From Macrostomum lignano (taxonomy: Eukaryota): a stretch of DNA of 64,000 nt. The notes under the pieces are model-generated. The model did not search any database and had not been told where the DNA came from. It was given only the letters and a program-made list of their open reading frames with translations. The translations under genes were made by a program, and so were the position numbers. Shown piece after piece: positions 25,486 to 40,816 of this stretch. The stretch is from contig NIVC01000225.1 of the NCBI GenBank assembly GCA_002269645.1, positions 124,001-188,000 on the forward strand, read 5' to 3'. Position 1 is the first letter of the stretch; each line of letters begins with the position of its first letter.

Positions 25486-27927
25486 ATGGCAACTGCGTCA
25501 TTGGCAACGTCGCTAACCTCCGTGGTTGCCATGGCGACACCCGGCGGCAGCAATGCGGAGTCTGCAGAGCGGCTGCTAGCCAAACTGAGCCTGGAGACTC
25601 CCGAGCAGCCCGATAGTTCCACTGCAGCACCACCACCAGTCGCTAAGGACGCCGATTCGGTTCCTACGGACGCCGATTTGGTTCCTACGGACGCCGCTGT
25701 GCCGCTCGATCTCTACCTGGAATCTGACGAGTCCGGCCGCGCCCTGACTCTGCAGTCCAAAGCGGCGCTACTGATGGCGCTGTACCCGGAGCCCCGGCCC
25801 TGCCGAGTCCACCTGACTGGCGGCTCTGCTGATGAGGCTGAGGAGAAGCTGGCTGGCGAAGTCGTGCTCGTCCACGGCGGTGCCCGCAACCCCGGCACGG
25901 AGCTGCCGGCCCTGGCCTGTCCGGCCGTGCTGTACGCCGGCCTGCCTTCCGTTGTACGCGCCCTGGCAGAGCGGGGCGGCGCCGTCTGTCAGGCGCTGCT
26001 GGGGCCGCACAGCGTCTGCCTAAAGGCCTGCAAGGAGCGGTCGCGGTGGACCCGCCTATGCGAGCTGACCTGTCCCGGCCAGCTGGGCACCTGGGCGCTG
26101 CCGGGCTCCGACGATGCGCAGCCGCCCGCCTGCCTGGCGGACCTGGAGCTGGCGTTGGAGCGGCCGCGCTACAAGCCGAGGCCTTTTCTGGAGGGCAAGC
26201 GGCCTACTCTGGTGAGAATTCTGGAGTTATTTCCTACTCAAAGTAGTAAAGTACTCGTAGTTCAACGGTATCGCATCTGTCTCGTGCTGGAGTCGTTCTG
26301 GAGACCAAACCTCAAGGCTCAGAGTTGAAGCCTGCGTACGGATTGCTCGCATGCTCAGGGGCAGCCGCGCAGGGTATACAGCGGCCCTGACTTTATCACC
26401 GTCAGTTATGCTGCATCAGTCCCCTACTTTATTCTCCATTATCACCTTTGTCTTCGGGGGCCGTAGCCCAGTGGTCCAGCGAAAGTCGCGCGAGTTACCA
26501 CTAAGAACCACTGAGTAGTCCTTGGTGGTTACCGCTGAGCTCCTCTGCCTCTCGTTCTCTGTATTGCGCTCAATAAGCGGTGTCAATTAAAATTTCCCAA
26601 AACTGTCCAATCCTAGGTGGACATTCTCATTGTCTGCTACTTGCGCGACGTTGCCCGCAAGGCCAACCGGCCGCCGCTGCCGCTGGGGCATCGAACCGCG
26701 GACCTGCTGGCCAGACTGAGCGCCGATCCGGCCTTCGCCGCCGCCGCCGCCGTAACCGACAAGTTCGAAACCGAGTACCGACCGGCCGCCGGGGACGCGC
26801 CGCGGCTCACCGACAAGCGGGCTCAGGTTGGGGTTTGCGTACTCGAATGCTTTTAAACATGCGTTTAAATTTTATGCACCAATATTTTTGCAGACTAATT
26901 CGCTTCAAAGGATAGTGCTATCGCTACTAGTTAGTAGGCTGTAATGTGCATATAAAGTCGACAATTTTCAAAATTGGTGCATTTGTGAGGAAATCCTTTT
27001 TATAAAAATTCTTACATTTTTTCCGCATCTTTAGCATACCCAGATCGCCTACTGAAAAGTAGCAAGTAAAGAATGTGAAACTAATCTCTTATGGCGTGTA
27101 CCTCTCACATGTATTGTTTCTTAACCCCCGAAACCCCACAGGTGCCCGGTCTGTGCACCGAGTCGCTGCGCCAGCTGCTGGACCGCCTGGAGCCGGCCGT
27201 GTCGCTGCCCTGGCAGCCGGAGGCCGAGGCTTCCCCGCTGCCGCCCCTGCCCGACTGGCTGGCCGCCGAGGTGCCGCCGGAGCGGGCGGCTCGCAAGCGG
27301 CAGCAGCTGGCCAGCCTGGCCGCTGACGTCCTGCCGTTGGCCCGGCCCGGTCACGTGATCGTAGACTTCTGCAGCGGCTCCGGTTACCTGGGCCTCCTGC
27401 TGGCGCACCTGCTGCCGCAGTGCCGCATCGTGCTGGTGGAGAACAAGCTCGAGTCCCTGCAGTTCGCTCTGGACCGGCTGGGCCAGCTCGGGCTCCCCAA
27501 CGTGCGCATCGTGCAGAGCAACCTCTGCAACTTCCGGGCCGCCTTCGACATCGGCGTTGCCCTGCACGCCTGCGGCTCCGCCTCCGACCTGGTGCTGGAG
27601 GCCTGCGTCCGCGCCCGCGCCGCCTGCGTGCTGTCGCCCTGCTGCCACGGCGCCACCAAGCCCGGCCCGGGCCTCGCCTATCCGCGCAGCTCCGCCGCCT
27701 CGGCAGCCGGCCTGGCCAGCCTGGAGCACGCGCAGCTGTGCCACGCCGCTGACCGAATCACCGGCCGGCAGTCCCGCCAGCTCTTGGCTAAGCGGGCCCT
27801 GCGGCTGCTGGACAGCGACCGGGCCCTGGCCATGCGGGAGGCCGGCTACGGCCGGGTGCGGCTGGCTCTGATGCGGCCGGACACCTGCTCGCCTAAGAAC
27901 TCAATCCTGGTGGCCTGTCCGAGCTGA
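25486..27927 (+). CDS. GSTCD: Glutathione S-transferase C-terminal domain-containing protein with class I SAM methyltransferase domain, about 573 aa, 3 exons
   Basis: Exons 25486-26211, 26617-26826 and 27142-27927, all phase 0. RAARKRQQL..L...ARPGHVIVDFCSGSGYLGLLLAHLLPQC.IVLVENK, FDIGVALHACG.ASDLV, SPCC.G and CSPKNSILV match GSTCD closely. Confidence 0.93.
26456..26560 (+). mobile_element. Possible tRNA-derived SINE head fragment in GSTCD intron 1
   Basis: GGGGCCGTAGCCCAGTGGT contains a Pol III A box. There is no B box or cloverleaf, so it is not a tRNA. Confidence 0.3.
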
Positions 27928-28289
27928 GGTCCCGCCTGCTGCCAGCCGGGATCAGGGCACCATTAGACATAGAAAAGTGCAGAGTTGAATTTTTTGTTTT
28001 AAAATGTGCTGCGTATCGGGCACCGTGCCAAATGATTGTCTGCTGTAGTCATTGGGTTTTGCATAACAAGTTCTGGTCTGCAACACATTCAACTGTTCCC
28101 AGCTGTTTTAACTTTGACTTTGGATTACATTGGCGATTCTGCGACATATTTGTTTCAATAGATTTGCTGCTCACGCTGCACTTCATGTGTACTTTGCTTG
28201 TTTTGATAATCATTTTCAAAGTTGCTGCCTTTTTACAGTAGTACACGGTGCGGTAGACAGATGCGCAATAGCTAGATCTATTTAGTAGG

Positions 28290-28620
28290 TAGATGCGCAC
28301 TAGGTAGATCTATTCTTTATATAGATGCATAGTTGGTAAATCTTTTTCTTAGATAGATGCGTGGTAGGTAGATCTATTCAATAGATAGATGCACAGTGGG
28401 TAAATCTGTTCAGTAGATAGATTCACAGTGGGTAGATCTGTTCAGTAGATAGATTCACAGTGGGTAGATCTGTTCAGTAGATAGATTCACAGTGGGTAGA
28501 TCTGTTCAGTAGATAGATTCACAGTGGGTAGATCTGTTCAGTAGATAGATTCACAGTGGGTAGATCTGTTCAGTAGATAGATTCACAGTGGGTAGATCTA
28601 TTCAGTAGATAGATGTGCAG
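28290..28620. repeat. 32-bp minisatellite (TAGATAGATTCACAGTGGGTAGATCTGTTCAG)n upstream of the TMEM126 coding exon
   Basis: Tandem array with degenerate units at its 5' side. Confidence 0.92.
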
Positions 28621-28701
28621 TGGATAGACAGATTGAATTGCACTGCTGAACTACCTGACGTTCTGCTGGCGTCGGCACCTGACCGGACGGCGACCGCGCA
28701 G

Positions 28702-29978
28702 CGGCAAAACATTCAAGGCTCCCCTGGCTACGTGGTGTACTACCACCACAGCCAGCGGGGCTCCCTGCCGCCCGGCGCGGTGCCGCTGAACCCCCAAGAG
28801 GTGCTGGATCGTCGACACCACGCGGCAAATGCCTGGCGGCCCCGCGAGCAGGTCTGGTCGCTGCCGCTGCACGACTACGTCTGCACCTACCCCACCCTGG
28901 TCAGCTCCGCCCTCATCGCCGGCAACCACCGGCTGATGCTGAGCCTGGGCGTGGCCAGGATGTCCTACTCGATGGCCTGCTGCATTTTCCCGACTTACAT
29001 GCAGGTCTGCGGCTCGTGCTGATCCCCGAGACTCTGCCCGTCTTCCAGTGACCCCTGCCACTCTGCCCGTCACCCAGTGACCCCTGCCACTCTGCCCGTC
29101 ACCCAGTGACCCCTGCCACTCTTCCCGTCACTTAGTGACCTGCCACTGTCCGTCACCCAGTGACCCCTGCCACTCTGCCCGTCACCCAGTGACCCCTGCC
29201 ACTCTGCCCGTCACCCAGTCACCCCTGCCACTCTTCCCGTCACTTAGTGACCTGCCACTGTCCGTCACCCAGTGACCCCTGCCACTCTGCCCGTCACCCA
29301 GTGACCCCTGCCACTCTGCCCGTCACCCAGTGACCCCTGCCACTCTGCCCGTCACCCAGTCACCCCTGCCACTCTTCCCGTCACTTAGTGACCTGCCACT
29401 GTCCGTCACCCAGTGACCCCTGCCACTCTTCCCATCACCCAGTGACCCCTGCCACTGCCCGTCTCCCAGTGACCCCTGCCACTCTGCTCGTCACTTTTGT
29501 CACTCAACGGCACGGCACAGCACCTGACTCCAACGAATTGAGTCTCCATCCCCATCAACCCCAACCCGACCAGGTGATGGCGTCCAAGCAGATGCTGCTG
29601 AACAGCCTGCTGACGAACCCAATCCAGTGCCCGCCCTGCGTGATGCTGCGTGGCGCCGGCCTCGGCCTGGCCTTCGGCATCCTGATGCCCTACGTGTACA
29701 GCTTCTTCCTGCACTCCACTGCCGCGCGCATTCTGCAATCCGCGCCGGTGCCCGCGAACCTGACCGACTGGCGCCAGCAGTTTGCGCTGTTGCGCCGCCT
29801 GGTCACCGGGGAGAAGCGCCTGCTAGCCGTGCTGGCGCCCGCGGTGTCCATCTACGGCGCGTGGCTGGCCGACCGGATGCGGCGGCACAGCATCTTCCTG
29901 AACGACGCCAGCAGGCGGGCTCTGCAAGACCTGCCAAATCAGCGGGGCGGCGGCTCGCAGGCGGAGGAGGCGGGCTGA
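28702..29978 (+). CDS. TMEM126: TMEM126-family (DUF1370) mitochondrial inner-membrane protein, 2 main exons, 5' end lacks a genomic ATG
   Basis: Exon ending 29004 (CAG|GTCTGC) joins in phase 0 to exon 29574-29978. NSLLTNPIQCPPCVMLRGAGLGLAFGILMP...LHSTAARILQSAPVP matches the TMEM126 PL.TGDL.CxxC...R.GL.GL..G..YP...LAARYQS..LP region recalled from the family. The 5' boundary is uncertain (28632 or 28702). Confidence 0.78.
29025..29480. repeat. 29-bp minisatellite (CAGTGACCCCTGCCACTCTGCCCGTCACC)n in the TMEM126 intron
   Basis: Tandem array with a recurring variant unit. Each unit contains a GTGAC..GTCAC inverted pair. Confidence 0.93.
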
Positions 29979-30000
29979 GAGTGCGGGCCATGGATGAAGG

Positions 30001-30006
30001 AATAAA
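30001..30006 (+). terminator. Polyadenylation signal AATAAA of TMEM126
   Basis: Canonical hexamer about 20 nt after the stop. A second one lies near 30076. Confidence 0.55.
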
Positions 30007-30831
30007 GATGAATTGCTAATCTGAGCCGGTTATTGCTGTCTTGCGGGAATGTCATCCCTTCTGAAAATGAGTTGCAATAAAATGCATTTGAATGAGATGG
30101 AGTCAATGACAGGTTGCGCAAAACAAAAATAACCGCTCAGAACGGAACTCAGTGCATTTTATTTCTTCCTCCATTGGCTGGGGGGCTTCAAAGACAATCT
30201 TGCTCGATGCACACCAGCCGGCTGCCGATGGCGCCTCGGGCTTCCCCCTCCCCCCAGGGCGCAGCATTTGTTCCCCATTAGTTTGTATTCTATTTTAGCG
30301 TTGAACCTTGATTTTAGGTTTTGTTCTGTTAGAAGTGCGCTGGAATCAAGTTACGTCACAAAGGTCAACTCCAAAGTCCACTGGGTATTAAGAGGCTATA
30401 CAACGCATTTTAATACCAGTGGTCATTGGTCAGCTATTTGTGTCGGCTGCAGTAGTTTCATAGTTCATAGTAGCTTCATCTACTTTCTTATTGTGCATGC
30501 CAGCTCAGCCTGTGTTGCAAAATCATTTTGTTTCTGGCCGGTGCGTGCCGGCAAACAGAGCTGCTGCTTTGTCGGCTTTGATCAGATTTTTGCCGTTTAG
30601 CCATTAATAAACTTGTTACTGTTGTCTTCTTGAGTTGCCTTCATCTGAGGCTGCGTTCGAGTAGCTTAAAATGGCCTATGGTGACTTAAAATGACTTGTA
30701 ATAATTATTTTACGTGTCTTTTGGCGTACTCCGTAATACAAAACTACTGACAATAATTTAGATAACAAACTCCGCATGTGTTTGTAACCAGCATTTTGGA
30801 GACAATAAAGAGCTGTTTAAATATTTTAGGC

Positions 30832-30889
30832 CAGGCGCTGGCAAAATTTTTTCCTCAAGGGCCGGATGAAGAATCCAGCTCAAGCTCAT

Positions 30890-30967
<78 letters not shown>

Positions 30968-31124
30968 GGGGGGTAGAAAGAAGACAAGGGGAGAAAAGAG
31001 GGAGGAGACGAGAGAAGGGAGAGAGGAGACGCAAACCTTGGCAGGCCAGATTGCTATTGTGAAGATTCAAAGGACCCGAGGGCCGGATAGAGAGGCTTGA
31101 TGGGCCGCAGTGTGCCGATCCCTA
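30832..31124. mobile_element. hAT-type MITE with internal (GA)n microsatellite
   Basis: 8-bp TSD TTTTAGGC at 30824-30831 and 31125-31132. Imperfect TIRs CAGGCGCTGGCA / TGCCGATCCCTA. Same family as 14571-15125. Confidence 0.85.
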
Positions 31125-31549
31125 TTTTAGGCTAATACTAATAAGATAGTCAGTCTAAACCGGTTTTCCACTATGAATGTTTGAGAACGAAAAAAAAATA
31201 AATTGATAAGTGAAAAATGATAAATAGTTTGACGCATACGGACATATATTCGGCAGTAGTGAATACTAACGAACACTTGGTTACTGGTCAGATCGGTGAC
31301 AGCCTCAATCGACTCGGTAACATCGCCGTAAATTGTATGTTTTGTTTTTCTCATTAAAACCAATTAAATAGATTTTGACTATGTACATTGCGAGGGTGTG
31401 CAATCCGGATGCACAGTGGGAAGGTGATCTACACGATTTGGCATTATGTACATTGTGATTATATTCGTGCAATTTCAGACACATTCACTCTATGAAGCCT
31501 GTGCTGCGCACATGAAAAATTAGCATGCCCCCCTAACACAGAAATCACA

Positions 31550-32300
31550 ATGGAGCTCAACAGAGGCCATTGCATGGAGAACAATGATTTACATGGCTAC
31601 AAAAGTGGTCTAAGGCAGCGGGAGAGTGAGTGGCTTTCAGCAATGAATGACCTTCCAGGACCACGATTTCTAAGCAGTTTGCCCGATTTCGACGTGGCCG
31701 ACGGAGTCTGGAGATTAAGATGAAGAGTGCAGCGGCGGGCCCACCTCTGAAGCAAGCGAAGAGAATGTTGCTAGCTACCATTCGGGCCATGATTGAGAAT
31801 GATGCCAGGGTAACTGTGGCCCAGGTTTCTGCACGCTGGGTGTTGATCATCACCTGACGGAGGAGGAGCAAAAGGAGGCTCGGGTGGCGATCGTGCCATG
31901 CTATGCCATGCTCGACAGATTCGATGGTGGCCGCTCAGACTCTGTCTGGGAAATCGTCAGTGGCGACGAATCCTGGATCAGCGCAGCGTGGCAAAGCAGA
32001 TGTTGGCCGTCTCTGTGACCAAAGCTGGTCATCCAGCGACCGTGCCACTTGCAGGCAGGCTGAGAACCATGCAGGCTGAGAACCATGCAGGCTGTCTCAG
32101 TGCGCCTTTGGGCCTGGAATCTCGCTTCATTCAAGAACAGAAATCGAACAGACTTAACTACGCCGAATCATCTTGGGGATTCCGTGTAGAGTCACCCCAC
32201 TGCTTTGTGACCGGGATCTACATGCATGCCCACTTCAAAAAGCTACGAGCTAATAATACTTACGAGTATTTACGAAGGGTTCCATCCTTTCCACTTATAG
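31550..32300 (+). mobile_element. Degenerate, internally deleted mariner transposase remnant
   Basis: Fragments RTTISKQFARFRRGRRSL, HHLTEEEQKEARV, MLDRFDGGRSDSVWEIVSGDESWI and RSVAKQMLAV...KAGHPATVPL match mariner transposase (first catalytic D in GDESW). Confidence 0.8.
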
Positions 32301-33568
32301 TAGGCAGTTGCGGATCGACATTTTGTTACCTGGGAAAGGCATATCATGCAATTGGTGCCAGTAACTAGCTGGTCTCCGGTCGTGAGTGCCGCGAGTCCGT
32401 CATTGCCTGGAGCAACGCCGCGTCCTCTGGAAGGGCCGCCCGCCTCGGACTGCCGGACCGGCCTCACAGAGCGAAAGGCGGGCGAGCCTAGCGGATGTCA
32501 GGAACCAAACTGCCTAGGTTGGACTGACTGCTGACATCGCGGAAGCTCCGTCGCAGGCTGTCGACAGAAATTTCTTGGCTCAAGTGTTCTCAATTTGAGA
32601 CTGAACATTTAAGCTGGCTTTCTCCAACCAGATGCTTAGAAATTTCGGGGTCGCAGATTACACCTGCTACTTGCAGTAGAGTTCTGGATAGCTATTAGCC
32701 TTATCGTCCCGCCAGCTTTGCTCCAGGAGCCATGTGCGGCGGCCGCGGTGTTTGCCCCACTCGAGCCTTGTTTTCTTCAAGCCGTGCTTTTTGAAAAGCC
32801 AAGTCTGCCGTGCAGTTTGCTCAAGCCGGGGGGGGGGCTGAACTCGCCAAGTTCGCTTGTTGATGGTAGGTAGGTAAGTGGCGTGTGATTAAGAGCGGAT
32901 TATTGAGTAATCAGAGCTGGGAACTCCGGCCACCTGTGCCGGACCCGGCCAGCCTTATCGCGGGAGCTGCGGCCGCTGTTGGCCACCTCGAGTCCGCGGC
33001 CACTACATCAATCAAGCCTGCAGTGGGAGCTGGCCCGGCTCAGTGGGGAAATTTTTATTAAATTTATTCCCAGCAGATGACGCTAAGAGGGCCTTCTGAG
33101 CGCTGATTGCGGCTTCCCGATCTTCAGATTGAATTAGTCGGCGCTCTCAGGTGCTGCTAGCGACCTGCACGGGCAGCAGCTGATTGCCTCACCTGCTAAG
33201 TGCTGATTTGATTTGGCCCCAAACAATGGCGCCCGAATAGCGCCATCCGCACCTGATTGCGCGAGCTGAGCTCGGGCGAGCGCGCGTGAAATCCCCGCCT
33301 TGCCTGGAGATTCGACTTTGACTAATTGAAAATTGAGGCTTGAGGCTTGAGGCTTGAGCTGCCCGGTGCAGCGCTCGGCTCCAACCCAGCTCAGCTCGCT
33401 GCCCCAGCGGCGGCAGTCGCCAGCCAATGGGGAGGCGAGCTCGGGTTTGTCTCCAACTCTCAGGCCCTCTTTAATTCTCCGGCGATAAGCAAGTGGCGAG
33501 CGCCCCAGAACTGCTCAGCTGAAGTCTAATTGTCAGTCGGGGCCGAGTTCGGTTGCGCCACACCAGCA

Positions 33569-38645
<5,077 letters not shown>

Positions 38646-38734
38646 CGGGGACTTTTAAATTGCAATGCCGATGGAGGCACTCCAGAGCCATGAGGTGTTT
38701 TTGAAGGCCGACTATTCAGTCACACGCAAATTTT

Positions 38735-39166
38735 GCTTGGCTGCATGTACAGCTTGACTGCATCTACAGCTTGGTTGGATGTACAGCTTGGCTGCATGCA
38801 CAGCTGGTACACTGCATGTACAGCATGTACAGCTTGCTGCATGTACAGCTTGGCTGCATGTACAGCTTGGCTGCATGTACAGCTTGGCTGCATGTACAGC
38901 TTGGCTGCATGTACAGCTTGGCTGCATGTACAGCTTGGCTGCATGTACAGCTTGGCTGCATGTACAGCTTGGCTGCATGTACAGCTTGGCTGCATGTACA
39001 GCTTGGCTGCATGTACAGCTTGACTGCATGTACAGCTTGGCTGCATGTACATCTACAGCTTGGTTGGATGTACAGCTTGACTGCATGTACAGCTTGACTG
39101 CATGTACAGCTTGGCTGCATGTACAGCTTGGCTGCATGTACAGCTTGGCTGCATGTACAGCTTGGC
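38735..39166. repeat. 17-bp minisatellite (GCTTGGCTGCATGTACA)n downstream of the Mnx stop codon
   Basis: About 24 units between the stop (38645) and AATAAA (39605). Confidence 0.95.
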
Positions 39167-39604
39167 TTAGTTACATGACCGATTTAGTATTGAAATCGAT
39201 AAAAAGATATTAAAAATTAAACCCTCAGATCCCTGATCAAATTCAACTCAACCAATGCAAACTGGACTCCTGCAGGTACATGCAATCAATCAAATTACCC
39301 AGGTGACTCGATGAAAGTAGGCCTTCAAAAATCGTTTTGAGTATTTAATTATGATGTCCCTGAGCCTCCAAGGACATGGCCGAACTCTAGTAAAGAATCA
39401 ACAGCAGCCTCTTGTACATAGCTGATATAAACCTGGCTGGCATGGCAACTGGCAACACTCTGTACATAGTACTTGTCCGCTCCAATGCATGAATCTGCTA
39501 ACCCGCAATTCCGCTTCAATAACCCGCTTATTAACAGTCTGTGGCCCCGGCCGCCCTGCTAGTCCTCGCGCAGCGGTTTGTTATGAATTTCAATTTCTGA
39601 TGAA

Positions 39605-39610
39605 AATAAA
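39605..39610 (+). terminator. Polyadenylation signal AATAAA of Mnx (alternative at 39715-39720)
   Basis: Canonical hexamers downstream of the stop. Confidence 0.5.
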
Positions 39611-39957
39611 AGCACTGCAATAACTGAGACATCAATCGAGTGAGTTGCGTTTTCATCAAACCGAGCACCTGAGACAGGTGCCAATAGTACAGTCAAATCA
39701 TTTTATTTATCAACAATAAATTTGCTGCTTGCAAGTTAAACAATTACTGAACGAAACAGTCAAAAAATGCCACATAAAAAACGCCAGGCAGTTTCAAGCA
39801 GCACTACTGGAAGTAGCATGCGGTGCGCACTCAGCCAGCAATTTTCTTCAAATTGTTAAATACAGCGTTCGAGAGGGGAAAGCTGATTCACAACTCAGCT
39901 AACAATTATATGGCAAACTGTACAAACCGCATTTAGTGATAGGAAAACATTTGTGCA

Positions 39958-40158
39958 TGATCCCCAATCTGGATCCCCAATCTATCCCCCACAACACACC
40001 CAGGATCCCCAATCTACCCCCACAACACACCCAGGATCCCCAATCTACCCCACAACACACCCAGGATCCCCAATCTACCCCACAACACACCCAGGATCCC
40101 CAATCTACCCCACAACACACCCAGGATCCCCAATCTACCCCACAACACACCCAGGATT
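39958..40158. repeat. 30-bp minisatellite (CCCCACAACACACCCAGGATCCCCAATCTA)n just 3' of the PCGF stop
   Basis: About 6.5 units, G-rich on the PCGF sense (minus) strand. Confidence 0.95.
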
Positions 40159-40186
40159 CCCAGCAGATGTTATCGTCAAGTTTCAG

Positions 40187-40816
40187 TCAGGAGTCGCGCG
40201 AGCTCCTGGCCGCAGCGGAGTCGCGGTCCGCGATCACGTAGGTGAGGGCGATGGGGTCCCGCCAGTCGGCCTGGCCGTCCGTCTCCCTGCAGCGCAGTTT
40301 CTGCAGCTCGGCGAGGCTCCAGTAGGCCGGCAGGCGGGTGTTGCGCCTGTAGATATCCACCGTGCCGGTGGCGGACAGGCGGTGCTGGTCGCAGAGGAAG
40401 CCGGCGACGTGGCCGATGGTGGCCTGCATTGCCAGCAGCAGGAAGATCTGGCGCTGGCCTCCGCGCGGGCTCAGCGCGATCTGCACCGGAGTGGCCAGCT
40501 CCAGCGGCAGCGACTTCTCCAGCTCCAGGCTGAAGTCCAGCCGGCGATGCACCTCGCTGGCCCGCAGGCCGGGCACCAGCTTGTACACCAGGTCCTGCAG
40601 CACCCGGTCCTGGCGCAGACAGCCCTCCTCCTCCAGCTTGAGCTCCTGGCCGCACTCCGGACAGCGGCTTGGCCGGACAGTCTGCAGGTGGCCGACAATA
40701 CAAGACTTGCAGAACACGTGGAAACAGTCGGTGAGGCGGGTGGCGTCAATCAGGTAGCCAGCGCAGAGGCTACACACTAGGATGTTGTTGAGCTGCCTGA
40801 GCTGCGGCCTGCCAGA
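40187..40816 (-). CDS. PCGF: Polycomb group RING finger protein (PCGF/BMI1 family; C3HC4 RING plus RAWUL-like C-terminus), single genomic coding exon without an ATG
   Basis: SGRPQLRQLNNILVCSLCAGYLIDATRLTDCFHVFCKSCIV...RCPECG...QDRVLQDLVYKLVPGL contains the PCGF signature D+.LQD+VYKLVPGL. The exon starts at acceptor CCTCAATCCCGCAG with a CTGAC branch motif upstream. Subfamily not resolved. Confidence 0.9.
   Translation of the reverse strand, partial: SGRPQLRQLNNILVCSLCAGYLIDATRLTDCFHVFCKSCIVGHLQTVRPSRCPECGQELKLEEEGCLRQDRVLQDLVYKLVPGLRASEVHRRLDFSLELEKSLPLELATPVQIALSPRGGQRQIFLLLAMQATIGHVAGFLCDQHRLSATGTVDIYRRNTRLPAYWSLAELQKLRCRETDGQADWRDPIALTYVIADRDSAAARSSRDS

Noticed and set aside
26456-26560. 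tRNA gene
   Set aside because: Only an A box is present. There is no B box, T-loop or acceptor stem.
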